Of a DNA stretch of 64,000 nucleotides, positions 1 to 13,272 are shown in pieces. The translations under genes were made by a program, and so were the position numbers. Location of the stretch: NCBI GenBank assembly GCA_010093745.1, contig MU005967.1:1-64000 (forward strand). Reading direction: 5' to 3'. The stretch is from Piedraia hortae CBS 480.64 (Eukaryota). Position 1 is the first letter of the stretch. Every line of letters starts with the position of its first letter. The notes beneath the pieces are model-generated. The model was not told the origin of the DNA, ran no database searches, and saw only the letters and a list, made by a program, of their open reading frames with translations.

Positions 1-2160
1 TAGTAACCGTCGCTCGGCTCTCGACTTCACGCGTCAACTAGTTTTCCGTAGAGATTTGTATGCAGGTACACATCTGCTCACAATTATAATAGTTAATTCC
101 CACCTTGTTTGTTGAGAAAACACCAGAAACGATGACCGTGAGGAGTCCTCCATGAATAACTGGGTGAGCAGTTTGATTCGCTCTAATGGCTCTTCGCTTC
201 ACCCTTTTCATAGGGTATGTCAAGAAGACATCTTGAGTCATGCATTAAGCTTTGCATGAGTCAATACCTTAACTACAAACATCTGATGCATCCAGCTCTA
301 GCCCAACTTCTGTGCTGTGTAGCAACATCTACCCTGGCCTCGAAAGATATCACGTCAATGCGAGTAACTTGTAGCATATAATTGATGAATATGCACACCA
401 ATGTACACAACAGAGCCTTGTCTAAAAGATTGCCTGTACCATGCCTGCAATTCCTATACGAAGGAAGTAAGGTAACACGAACACAAGTTCCAGGCTGTCT
501 GATGACATCCAACAACTACGCAAAAATCCATAAATCCTACGCTCTTCACCATAGCCACCGAAGAGTCACTTACAAAGGTCACCGCGACAACGGCTGAGGT
601 GGGGTCATTGCTAGAGAGCCTGCAAGCTGAGATATCATACTCATCACGAGATGACCTGGCAGACGCCCGCAACACGCCTCCGTACTACCTTGCAGGCATC
701 CGAGGCTTCTTGGAATCCATCCACGGGAAAACCAAAACATTTTTACATCCGGAGCGCTCAACTAGACTGAAATATATTCACATCTACCCTGGAGGACATT
801 TTGAGTGAATTTAAGCAGGCCAACGAAGGCGATAATACCACCTCCATGTCCAACTTAATTTCATATCTGCAGCTGGGACTCATCCATCCAGTCCATCAGC
901 TCAGCATGAACAATGACGGTCACTGAAACCGCTGGGGATATAAAGATGTCGGAGGAGTGAACCTCTGAGGACTAAAGGGTAGCGGATATCGATGACAAAA
1001 GTTTTCACTCAACTTTGACTGAAAAAGAGAATGTAGATGTCTATGTCTATGTCTCTATGAGGTGAGGTTCGAAACTTCCCCCACACTACATCAGTCTAAC
1101 CGCATTTGCCCTTAAGCATGAACGAGACAACGACCCGTCTCAGGGAAAACTTCCTCTATAGAGGTAAAAACCTTGAGAAGTTTCGACTTCTATCTATAGG
1201 TCTGGTCATGGTGGGTGCCACATCCTTCTGACAAAAGACAATAATGATAAATTTGAACGATCTAGTCAGCGTGCAAAAGGATACGGACCGACCTCCTCGT
1301 GAGAAACACTGTAGCAACCGTCACAATTCAGCTTCCCGACCTTGAATATGTGTGGAATACACGCTCTGGGATGAAAGCTATACCCACGCTCCGTTCTATG
1401 TAAGTCGCAATCAGTACGTATCCATAAAGGACACATCCCCAACTATAAAAAAGTATCAGCCACGAAAAAAGAGCCTGCTTCTTCCTCAACCATGAATCCG
1501 TCCTCGAAGTCGATGGCTACGTCTTGCTTGAGCCTGAACACTCCCAACCCCAAAGTTATTTAGCACGAAGACCGGCCTCTTCGAATCCTCATCCATCATA
1601 GCAGGACTCTATTCTCACCCGGCCACCGACCACGCAAAGCTAAAACTAATATGTACAGCCCAAATAAACAACTTGACGACCCAAGATTTGTGCACCTCGA
1701 CAACAATCAAACCCATCCGCAGAATTCCTGCATGCATCTCGTCAAATGTACCCCAAACGACAAGTACGAAGAATGGACACAGCCCAAAACCATGGTCCAA
1801 TTCTACAACACATTTATAGAATAGCCCTTAAGCCATCGCAAAATGCACTATCCAAACAAGAAGCTCTACATATGCGGGTGGAGAGGGGATTCATTAACTA
1901 AGTAAACACGAGGCTTTGCGTGGAGATTTGAATGGGGTGGTGTGTATTCTAGTCCTAGATTTGGAGGAGAGAACGGGGGATGATTGGCAGTTTGGAAAAT
2001 TTTCACGCATGAACACTAGATGCAGACAATTGGTGACGGTCACTTTTTGATGAAAGGAAAAGAGAACTGGAAAGGAGATGCTGAGTAACTGTTGACTTTT
2101 GCAAAACTCCAAACTCCGAGAGGTCTACAATTCACACAAGTCTACACATTATCCCATAAC

Positions 2161-3886
2161 CTACAACAAGACCATGCCAATGCCAGACACAACTGCCATG
2201 CCAATCGCCAAGACCATTGGAAGCATGCCAGAGCCTCCTGCAACATAAGAAACACCCGCACCCTTGTGGCTGGACGACGCAGCACCTGATCCGCTGCTAC
2301 CGCTGCTGCCGCTTCCACTGCTGCCGGAACCGCCACCAGTGGCAGTAGGAGAGCTCGTGACAACGCCCGTGCCAGCGGTGCCAGCCTGGTTCATGAGCGA
2401 GCTGCAGCTGCCACCGGGAGAACGGGCAGCCTGAGTCTTGGCAGAGCCACCAAAGTCGCAAGCGCTAGCCACCTTCTTCTGCGAATTGTAGTACTGGTTG
2501 AAGGCAAAGGCGAGCTTCTCCTTGGCGCTGCACATGCCGTAAGCTCCATAGGAGCCAGTAGTGGCGTTGGCGCTGATGCCAGCGCAGACACCCTGGCCGT
2601 AGCCGCAGACCTGACCAAAGAGCTTGCCATAGTTGTCCTCATTTGCATTATCAGCGACGGTGCAGCCCAGAGACTGATACATGCAGCTGCAGAGAGCCTT
2701 ATTGGGGCTTGGCGGCAGAGGTGACGCCTTGGGAGTCCAAGACTTACCCGTGGCAGGACACGAAGCAGGAGAGTTGGTGGGCTTGTAGTCGCTCATCTTG
2801 ACGCCGCTCGGCGAAGCCTTGGCAATCTGGCTGGCCAAGTTCTTGAAGTCTTGGTTAGGCGTGACAGAGTTGCCCGAGACCGAAACCAAACCATACTTGT
2901 TGGCCTCCTGGAAGTACATGTAGACGATGCCACCAGACCACACAGGAGCCATCTGGCTGCCGTAAAGCGCCTGGACCTCAGTGAAAGGACGAGGGCTGAC
3001 TTCGTTGCAGCCATACTCGGCAAAGAAGGCGGGAACCGAGTATGTAGAGAACTCCTTGGTGCGCACATCGTAGCCAGACTTCGAGTACGACGACTGACCG
3101 CACCAAGAGTAGATATTGTATCCCCAGAAATCGATAGTGCTAGCCGAATCACCGCAGTTGAAGTAGTTGGCCATGTTTTCACGGATATCAGCGTCGTCGT
3201 TGGTCGCGTAGCCGACACCAATGGTGCGGTAGTTCTTCGCCTTGATGTAGGTCTTGATATCGCGGACGGCTGCCTTGACGAAAGCACTGGCATCGGTGTT
3301 GTTAGGAGCATTCGAGACTTCATTGCCAGCAAGGAAGCCGAGAGTGTTGGTGAACTTGGCCAAATTGTCCACAACGCTGGTATAGCGCGCGTACAAGTCA
3401 TCGTTCCATGCGGGATCATTGCGGTTGATAGACTGGCCTGGAGAGGACAAGTCGGCCAGAACGTAAATGCCAGCATCGGCAAGCGCATTCATAGCCTGAG
3501 TGTGGTCGACCTTTGGGTCAACAGCATATACACGAATGGTATTCGTCTGCAGCTGCTTAAGGTACGGAATGTCGCGCTTTACGGCTGACAAGTCCGCCAG
3601 CGGATCCTTATAGTTGTCATTACCGCTACCACCGCTGCCGCTGTTGCCAGTACCACTGCTTCCGCTGGACCCGGCATATTCCTGCTGATAGGCAACGCCC
3701 TTGATGAAGCTGATCCGTCAGCGGGAGTGGCCCTAGTCGCGGCTGTGTGACTTACAATTGGGTACCGTTGGTCTTGTAGAAGAACTTGGAGCCCTTGATA
3801 ACAATTGGGTCAACGTCTGCGACAGCCGGAGTCGCCAAAAGTGCAATGGCGGCTAAGGCAGCCGAGGCAATGCTGAAGGACTTCAT
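2161..3886 (-). CDS. GAS1: 1,3-beta-glucanosyltransferase (GH72 + Cys-box/X8 domain, GPI-anchored; Gas1/Gel4 type)
   Basis: ATG 3886, signal peptide MKSFSIASAALAA, DPIVIKGSKFF, intron 3710-3755 (GTAAG..CAG), FFIKGVAYQ, AGNEV and AEYGCN catalytic motifs, Cys box, Ser/Gly linker, hydrophobic GPI tail. Confidence 0.95.
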
Positions 3887-4093
3887 GGCGTTCGTAGTAA
3901 GGTGTGGTGGAGGAGATTAAACAGCGGAAAAGAAAAAGGACTGGCAGTCTGGAGACACGGAAAGAGCGACGAGAAAGGTGAAGAACTGGGGGATTGCGCG
4001 AGCGTAGAAGGGTTTTGGGGCTGTGACTAGCCGGGTGTCGCCACTCTGGCGACAGGGGACGCAGGGTCCCCAGAGGGACCTAGCGTGACACCG

Positions 4094-4099
4094 ACGCGT
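4094..4099. promoter_or_regulatory. MCB-like element (ACGCGT) in the GAS1-FKS1 divergent promoter
   Basis: Exact ACGCGT ~210 bp upstream of the GAS1 ATG; a single hexamer could be chance. Confidence 0.3.
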
Positions 4100-5076
4100 C
4101 ATGGTGGGGCGCGCGTTGTCAGGGGCAGATTTTTCGGCCTTGGTGCCTGGCAGTCAGGGATCACCCAATTGCCGTGTATTCGATTACTCTCATTGGCCGT
4201 CCTATCAAGATCCTACATTTGATATCGGAGCCATGATGTCACTGCTGCAATCTTAGTTGATTGAGGTTGAGATGACACTCAGCCGACTTGTGTCATGTGT
4301 ATGCGCTACAGTGCTAGACGTGGGCCAGTTTTTAGATAGCGCACATGTTCCCGGACAGACCCCGAGAATAGACAAACGTCAAGAATGTTTCTCCCACGAA
4401 TGTCCACCGCCACCGACAGAAGCAACCCAGGGGCGATGCGGAACTAAAATAGGGTGCCAACGTCACATCACGTGCGGAAGAATTTCGGCCCGGCAGGCGT
4501 CCCAACGCCGCTTTTCCCCAAACGATCATGGAGGCGGTTGGGAATAACAATGAGTAGTACACACGGATAGATTACGTAGACGTGGAGACGTGTTGACTAC
4601 GTGATCCTACGCTACGCAAACAAACCGCCGTACTCAACAACAGCCTGTTAACCCCGCAGAGAAGGACCTTCTGACACCAAATCAGTTCAAAAGAGACAGG
4701 GCGGCCCCACGTCGGTAGCCAATCACAACCCCGGCCCCTGGCCGCAACGCACGGGCATTTCCCGCTCCAATCGCGTTCTCACAGCAACCCGCCCGCCATC
4801 CATCTCCCTTCCACACCAACTCATCTCATCGCACTCGCCACACACCCCATTGACACTTTCCCCCCATCACGCTCTCGCATCTTGCTCCGTTTGACCCAGA
4901 CGTCTGTCGCTCCTTAGATCGAAGTCAGTGCGAGAGGGCCCACACCTCCCGCCTGTCGACCTGTCAATCTCTCAACCTTTCTCTCCATGTCGACGTGACC
5001 TTTGGTTCGTGCAAATTCTTCAGCCGACCCATCAACCACGACTGACAGGTGCCAGTAATCTCTAATACACGACTCA

Positions 5077-8000
5077 ATGGCGCAGCCCCATCAGGGCGGT
5101 GGGTACGACGATGGCTATGCCCACGGCGGCGATGGCTACTACCACGATGATCATCAGGCGTACTACGACCAACAGGGCTACGGCCACGGCGGTCACGACG
5201 CCGGCTACGATGATAACGGCTACTATAACGATGGCCATGGCCAACAGGGCTACCACGATGGCGCCTACTACGACGCTGGCCAACAGGGGTACCATGATGA
5301 GTACTACAACGATCAGTACTACGACCAGGGCGCTGCTCCCGGTCAGGCCCAGCGTGGCTACGCGCCTCGAAAAGGGCGTCGGGGTCACGACTCTGAGGAA
5401 GACTCATCCACGTTCAGCGACTTCACTATGAATTCCAACATTGCGCGTGGCGCTGAAATGGACTACTATGGCCGAGGTGATGGCTACAGACCGTCTTCGC
5501 CTCAAGCCTCATATGGCGGCAATCGCTCGTCTGGAGCGTCAACGCCAGTTTATGGCGAAAACTATCAGAATGCCCTGCCCGCTGGACAACGTTCAAGGGA
5601 GCCTTACCCAGCATGGACGTCGGAGGCACAGATACCATTATCCAAGGAGGAGATTGAGGATATCTTCCTTGACCTCACAGCGAAGTTTGGGTTCCAAAGA
5701 GACAGCATGCGCAACATGTTTGACCATCTCATGACGCTGCTCGACTCCCGAGCCTCACGCATGTCTCCTAACCAGGCCCTTTTGTCCCTCCACGCCGACT
5801 ACATTGGCGGCGAGCATGCGAATTACCGCAAGTGGTACTTTGCTGCCCATCTGGATCTTGACGATGCTGTTGGCTTCGCCAATATGAAGCTCGGCAAGGC
5901 CAACCGTGCTACGCGTAAAGCCAGAAAGGCCGCTAAAAAGAACGCTGCTGCCAACCCGCAGGACGAGGAAGGTACGCTAGAGTCGCTCGAGGGCGACAAT
6001 AGCTTGGAGGCAGCCCAGTACCGGTGGAAGACGCGCATGAATCGTATGTCGCAGCACGATCGCGTCCGCCAACTTGCCCTTTACCTTCTCTGTTGGGGTG
6101 AGGCAAATCAAGTGCGCTTCATGCCCGAAATCCTGTGCTTCATCTTCAAGTGCGCCGATGACTACCTGCATTCGCCTGCTTGCCAAAACCGTGTTGAGCC
6201 AGTAGAGGAGTTTACTTTTCTCAACAACTGCATCACGCCGCTCTACAACTATTGCCGTGACCAAGGTTACGAGATCGTTGACGGCAAGTATGTCCGCAAA
6301 GAGCGTGACCATCAAAAGGTCATTGGTTACGACGACATGAACCAGCTCTTTTGGTATCCGGAAGGTATCGAGCGCATCGTCTTCGAGGACAAGACGCGTC
6401 TCGTCGATCTGCCTCCGCCCGAGCGGTATGAGCGCTTAAAGGACGTTGTCTGGAAAAAGGCATTCTTCAAGACCTACAAAGAGACGCGATCTTGGTTTCA
6501 TATGTTGACCAACTTCAACCGTATCTGGGTCATCCATCTCGTCGTTTACTGGTTCTACACTGCCTTCAACTCACCTACGCTATACACGCACAAGTATCAG
6601 CAACAGGTGAATAACCAGCCCCATGTCGCTGCACGGTGGTCTGCAGTTGGCTTGGGCGGCACCCTGGCTTGCATTATCCAAATCGCTGCTACCCTGGCTG
6701 AATGGCTTTACGTCCCGCGTCGGTGGGCCGGTGCACAGCATTTGACCAAGCGCCTCTTGTTGTTGATTGGACTCTTCGTTATCAACATCGGTCCTGCTGT
6801 CTACATCTTTGGTGTCTCGCAAACTGGCAAGATTGCTCAAATTCTTGGCGTTATTCAGTTTTTGATCGCCCTTGCCACGTTCTTCTTCTTTGCCATCATG
6901 CCTCTGGGTGGTCTCTTTGGTAGCTACCTCAACGGCAAGCGTCGTCGCTACGTGGCCAGCCAGACGTTCACAGCCAGCTGGCCCCGTTTACGTGGCAATG
7001 ACATGTGGATGTCGTACGGTCTCTGGGTGCTCGTCTTTGCCGCCAAGTTGTCGGAATCCTACTTCTTCCTGACGCTATCCCTGCGTGACCCTATCCGGAT
7101 TCTCTCTACGATGAAGATTAATCACTGTCTCGGCGATGCCATTGTCGGCACCATCCTTTGCTACAAGCAGCCGGTTGTACTCCTTATCCTGATGTACTTC
7201 ACCGACCTGATCCTCTTCTTCTTGGATACCTATCTGTGGTACATCATCTGGAATTGCGTCTTCTCCGTGGCACGATCTTTCTACCTTGGTGTTTCTATCT
7301 GGACACCTTGGCGCAACATCTTTTCGCGCTTGCCCAAGCGTATCTACTCGAAGATCTTGGCGACGACGGATATGGAGATCAAGTACAAGCCGAAGGTCCT
7401 GATCTCTCAGATTTGGAACGCGATTGTCATCTCGATGTATCGCGAGCATCTTCTTGCCATTGATCACGTCCAGAAACTGTTGTACCATCAGGTGCCCTCG
7501 GAGCAAGAAGGCAAAAGGACTTTGCGTGCGCCTACTTTCTTCGTCTCGCAGGAAGATCACTCGTTCAAGACGGAGTTCTTCCCTGCCATGTCTGAGGCTG
7601 AACGTCGCATCTCCTTCTTTGCCCAGTCGCTCTCGACGCCAATACCTGAGCCACTGCCGGTCGACAACATGCCCACTTTCACCGTCCTCATTCCTCACTA
7701 TGGCGAGAAGATTCTGTTGTCGCTCCGTGAGATTATCCGTGAGGATGAGCCTTACTCGCGTGTTACCATGCTGGAGTATCTTAAGCAACTGCATCCGCAC
7801 GAATGGGATTGCTTTGTTAAGGACACCAAGATTCTTGCAGATGAAACATCGCAGTTCAACGGAGATTTCGATAAGCAGGAAAAGGATACGGCCAAGAGCA
7901 AGATCGACGATCTTCCCTTTTACTGCATTGGTTTCAAATCAGCTGCGCCAGAATATACGCTTCGCACGCGTATCTGGGCTTCTCTGCGCTCACAGACGCT

Positions 8001-10847
8001 TTACCGTACCATTTCCGGCTTCATGAACTATAGCCGCGCTATCAAGCTGCTCTACCGTGTTGAGAACCCGGAAGTAGTTCAGATGTTTGGTGGTAACTCG
8101 GACAAGTTGGAACGCGAACTCGAGCGCATGGCACGTCGTAAATTCAAGATCTGCGTTGCCATGCAGCGTTATGCAAAGTTCTCAAAGGAAGAGCGTGAGA
8201 ATGCCGAGTTTTTGCTCCGTGCCTATCCTGATTTGCAAATTGCCTATCTTGACGAGGAGCCTCCGGCCAATGATGGTGAAGATCCGCGTCTCTACTCGTC
8301 TCTCGTCGATGGACATTCGGAAATCATGGAGAATGGCATGCGTCGTCCCAAGTTCCGTGTCATGCTTTCTGGCAACCCCATCTTGGGTGATGGCAAATCC
8401 GACAACCAGAACCAGTCTCTTATTTTCTACCGCGGCGAGTACATGCAACTTATTGATGCCAATCAGGACAACTATCTTGAAGAATGTCTTAAGATCCGCT
8501 CTGTGTTGGCCGAATTTGAGGAGATGACGACGGACAATGTTTCTCCCTACACTCCTGGTCTGCCGCCCACCAACTTCAGCCCCGTTGCCATTCTGGGAGC
8601 CCGCGAGTATATCTTTTCTGAGAACATCGGCATCCTCGGAGACGTGGCTGCCGGAAAGGAGCAGACTTTTGGTACTCTCTTCGCTCGTACGCTGGCACAG
8701 ATTGGAGGCAAGTTGCATTATGGACATCCGGATTTCTTGAACGGCATCTTCATGACCACGCGTGGTGGTGTGTCCAAAGCTCAAAAGGGTCTGCATCTGA
8801 ATGAGGATATCTACGCCGGCATGACTTCGCTTCTCCGAGGAGGCCGCATCAAGCACTGCGAGTACTACCAGTGCGGCAAGGGTCGTGACTTGGGCTTTGG
8901 CTCCATTCTCAATTTCACCACCAAGATCGGCACTGGTATGGGGGAGCAAATGCTGTCTCGCGAGTATTATTACCTAGGAACGCAACTCCCCCTCGACCGC
9001 TTCTTGTCGTTTTACTACGCGCATCCGGGTTTCCACATCAACAACCTGTTCATCATGTTGTCAGTCCAACTCTTCATGTGGTGCCTGATTAACGTTGGTG
9101 CTCTCCGACACGAAACCATTGCATGCCACTACAACCACAACGTGCCTATCACCGATCCTCTATTCCCGACGGGCTGCGCCAACGTAGTGCCGATCATGAA
9201 TTGGATCGAGCGTTGCATCGTTTCAATCTTCATCGTGTTCTTCATTTCGTTTGTGCCGCTGACGATTCAAGAACTTACGGAACGAGGCTTCTGGCGTGCG
9301 GCGACGCGTTTGGCCAAGCATTTCAGCTCGCTTTCACCGTTGTTTGAGGTGTTTGTCTGTCAAATCTATGCCTACTCACTGCAGCAAGATTTGTCGTTTG
9401 GAGGCGCCCGCTACATTGGTACCGGTCGTGGCTTTGCGACTGCACGCATTCCGTTTGGCATCCTCTACTCCCGGTTCGCTAGTCCGTCAATTTACCTGGG
9501 CGCACGCATGCTTCTGATGTTACTGTTTGGTACGCTCACGGTTTGGGGCTACTGGTTGCTTTGGTTCTGGGTTTCGATTACGGCCCTGTGCATCTCGCCG
9601 TTCATCTTCAACCCGCACCAATTTGCTTGGGCCGACTTCTTTATCGATTACCGCGAGTTCTTGCGTTGGTTATCTCGTGGCAACACGAAGTCGCATTCGG
9701 CCTCCTGGATTGGTTTCGTTCGCCTCTCACGTACCCGTCTCACCGGTTTCAAGCGCAAGGCTCTTGGTGAGCCCTCGGCTAAACTCTCTGGCGATACTCC
9801 GCGGGCCAAGTTCACCAACGTCTTCTTCAGCGAGATCCTTGGTCCGCTTGTGCTTGTGGCTGTCACTCTGATTCCGTACTTGTACATCAACTCTGGTACG
9901 GGTGTGACAAAGGAAAATAACCCCAACACGAGCATCCAGCCAACCAACTCGCTCATTCGTGTGGGTATCGTTGCACTCGCGCCCGTTGCCGTCAATGCAG
10001 GTGTTGCAGCCGGCTTCTTCGGCATGGCTTGTTGTATGGGCCCCATCTTTAGCATGTGTTGCAAGAAGTTCGGTGCTGTCTTGGCCGCTATCGCTCACGC
10101 CATCTCGGTTATCATGTTGCTGGTGTTCTTTGAGGCCATGTATCTGCTGGAGGGATGGGTGTTTGCGAAGACGCTGTCCGGCATGATCGCCGTCGTTGCC
10201 ATTCAGCGCTTCCTCTTCAAATTTATCATCGCTGTGGCATTGACTCGCGAGTTCCGAGCCGACACATCCAACATTGCTTGGTGGACTGGAAAATGGTACG
10301 CACTGGGCTGGCATACGCTGTCCCAGCCGGGACGTGAGTTCCTGTGTAAGATTACGGAGATGGGCTTCTTTGCCTCGGACTTTGTTCTGGGACACACGCT
10401 CCTCTTCTTCATGCTTCCGCCTCTGTTGATTCCTTATATCGACAAGTTCCATTCGGTTATGCTGTTTTGGCTGAGACCAAGGTGAGTTTTTGGTCCCAAT
10501 GGAAATGTAATTGGCATATACTGACTCTTTCTAGCCGACAAATTCGCCCGCCCATCTATTCGCTCAAACAGTCGAAGCTCCGCAGACGTCGGGTTGTTCG
10601 CTACGCAATCCTCTACTTTGCCATGTTCTTCCTTTTCTTGATTCTGTGCGCTGGTCCGGCAATTGTCAGCAAGTTCATGAGCCCACCCAAGCTTAATGTC
10701 ATGCAACTGCAACAGCCGACAAACTGGAAGAACAATGATACTATGGGAACCAGCCAGACGGGAACTGCTATGGTTGGTGGTGGATCGGCCGCGGCAACGA
10801 GTGTCGGGAATATCAAACGAGTGGTGTTGTTTTCGTATGACACGTAG
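5077..10847 (+). CDS. FKS1: 1,3-beta-glucan synthase catalytic subunit (GT48)
   Basis: 1802-aa ORF with [39 protein letters not shown]; intron 10482-10534 (GTGAG..TAG) joins [13 protein letters not shown]; stop 10847. Confidence 0.98.
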
Positions 10848-11675
10848 GCTGAGAGTTGTGGAGTGGACAGGCTTGTGCGTTCGTTTCGTGTAATGTGCAT
10901 TGGCTTGGTCATGTATACATGTATATAGTCAGACTGTTTTGTGGCCAATTGCAGAGGCAAGTCAGTCTGGCGAGGCGTCGTGGTTAGAGTTGGGTAATTA
11001 TGAGAGTGTATCTTTAAGCCTCAACCGTGCGTCTACAATTTCTCATGCCCAACTGCGAAGAAATTATCCCCTATGCCCTATGGCGTAGACCACCCCAGCC
11101 AAAAGTTCACAGGATACTTTTGAGAACACTCGACGGAAGAAATCAATAGTCCAGTCTACAAGTGTCCACATAGTCATGCAAATCAGATAAATCGACCCCT
11201 CTGCACTATCTGATACCTCATTCACAAAGTTGGAAAAATGGCTCTGGAAATATATGTAGTTCTACCTAAAATCAATCCGTTCTTTCCACCATTCATTTCC
11301 TCGACCGACTCGATCGTATTCAACACGAACAACGCCATTTCAGTGCTGAGATGAAATGATCAGGTGTTCTAAACTTCCACAATGGAGGTAGCTGTCGAAT
11401 CGTCTTTCCAGACGTGCCAATCAACCGAGCGAGAAGATTGGGCTACAATCAACCATTCATCTGGGATAGATTGTTCTTGCCTAGGAACAATTCAGGTCGC
11501 TTGTCTTTGTAAACCAATTGGTCAAATCCGAGAAGCCAGCAATGATACTATCATGATCTTTTCACGTAGAGCTATTATACGTGGGCAGGGCAGAGATGAG
11601 ATAAGGTGCCAACGTGCCCCTCCCGTGCACGGACGAAAATATAAACCGCACAAGAACCACAAAAAGATCGTCAAT

Positions 11676-13110
11676 GTTTGTTTGTTTGTTTGTTTTTCAT
11701 TTTACCTCTATGGATGGGTCCTAGCTCCTAATGAGCTTATATCCGGACCCTATTGGGCGCGGGGTTGCGCCACGCGCAAGCCGACTCATTCACTCACCGT
11801 CCTCTCCTTCGGTCCCCTCCGACCGCACCTCTTCCACGTCGATTCTTCGGCCCCTCGGGCCATCTTGGTTTCTGGTCAACTGCCTGGGGCAGATGTCCTC
11901 GTACAACCTGGATTGTGCCGTATACTTGGCGAACAGTTTAGCCCCTGCCGCTCGGGCAGAAATAAAAGTGTATGTTGGCATGAAGTCTCGTTGCTATCCG
12001 TGTACGATGCCACTGCGCGACACCTCTTACACCAGCAGCTGCACCCTAAGTTTTGTCCTCACAGAGGTTTCCCTCAGGGTCATGTCGCATGCGACATGGT
12101 GAATGCGCCCTGCTACTGTTATGAGGTGAGTCATGGAGTAAGACTGCATGCTGACAGTCTTACTGCATGTATGACCACTTGCTTATGGTCATACAATTGA
12201 TGACTCTTCATACGAGGCTACGCACGGGCCTTCCAGCCCAGAATATATTCTCTGATGTTCCCTCAAAGATATACTTGTATTCACTCATAAAACACATCTC
12301 TACTTTCCATCCATCGTTCTCACTCATACATACTATCTGTCTTTTTCAGTGTACTGGGGTCTTGAGACCCCCGCAAGAGCAGTGGAGCTCTGCATCGTGG
12401 TGATTGAACCTTTGATGGTACTCGGCAAAGTTGCCATGCTTCGTTCTGCACGCGACGAGTTGCCCTAGGTCTTTTAGTTGGAGGCGCAGTGCCTTCGGTG
12501 GCTTGGAAGGAAAGCCAATGGCCAGCTCCTGGTAGTGCTGGGGGTGGCATTCTCGGCCCACCATTCTCTCGCTGGTGCAGCGCTCCAGGCTCGTGCTGAT
12601 CTCTTTATATGAGCCAACGTAGGTGGCCTGACTGGGGCAGACGGGTCGACTGGGGCTGATGCTCCCATCTTGGCGAGGGCGTCGGCCCTGTCGTTGCCTT
12701 TGATGGCGGCATGACCTGGTACCCAATATACCTGGACACGACCTTCTGGAAGGTTTGGCATGCGGCGACGATTCTTCCACGAGTCGGCAAGTTTCCTGAA
12801 CTCAATGATGGGGGCCTGGCTGGTGTCGGTAGGCGTGACCCCCGACCCCAGACTGTGGGCGGCCTCTTCGTTGTCGAGCACCAGTTTAACTTCTTCAGCC
12901 ATCCAGATGCAAGCACGCTGGAACACTGTGCAGAGGCCTGCCACCACACCCTCAATCTCTGCGTCATATACTTCACACCTTGTTCCTAGGGGTTCGTACC
13001 CTGCTGCTACGATACCGAGGCCTTGATAAACAACGAAGTCGTAACTCGCCCGGTCGTCTTCCAGGCGCAAACCAGCGGTGTACATGACTATCTCATTCAG
13101 GTCTAGACCG
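11676..13110 (-). mobile_element. Degenerate 5'-truncated Tad/CgT1-like non-LTR retrotransposon (RNase H + CCHC end of ORF2, 3' UTR, (AAAC)n tail)
   Basis: WVPGHAAIKGNDRADALAK RNase H motif; YTDGS decayed to YTAGL; HGNFAEYHQRFNH..CSCG..KTPVH|FYFC knuckle; C-terminal GAKLFAKY..YEDICPR; tail gtttgtttgtttgtttg at ~11676-11697; frameshifts. Confidence 0.85.
11973..12348. mobile_element. Solo LTR (376 bp) inserted in the LINE
   Basis: Starts TGTTGG, ends TTTTCA; flanked by GTGTA direct repeat at 11968-11972 and 12349-12353; removing it restores LINE codons PVH-FYFC. Confidence 0.8.
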
Positions 13111-13116
13111 ACAAAA

Positions 13117-13143
13117 CCCCCCCCCCAAAAAAAAAAAAAAAAA
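13117..13143 (+). repeat. C10-A17 homopolymer tract beside the LINE 5' truncation point
   Basis: Seen directly. Confidence 0.8.
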
Positions 13144-13272
13144 TAAAACCACTTTTTCTCAAATCCGCACAATCGCTAGCGTTATTCGTAAACTACCCAA
13201 TCAAAACCATCACCCATGGAAGTGATCTGGAGGTTCATCACCTCAACTACACATCCCTATCCACCATAACTA

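Noticed and set aside
1..2100. Short ORFs and a possible decayed gene or transposon relic
   Set aside because: No recognisable motif, termini or TSD; ORFs are short and inconsistent
7075..10452. Long antisense ORFs over FKS1 (likewise over GH47, H2A, GAS1)
   Set aside because: Shadow ORFs caused by codon bias of the real genes
11382..12200. 272-aa plus-strand ORF
   Set aside because: Runs antisense across the LINE 3' end and into the LTR; composition is not protein-like
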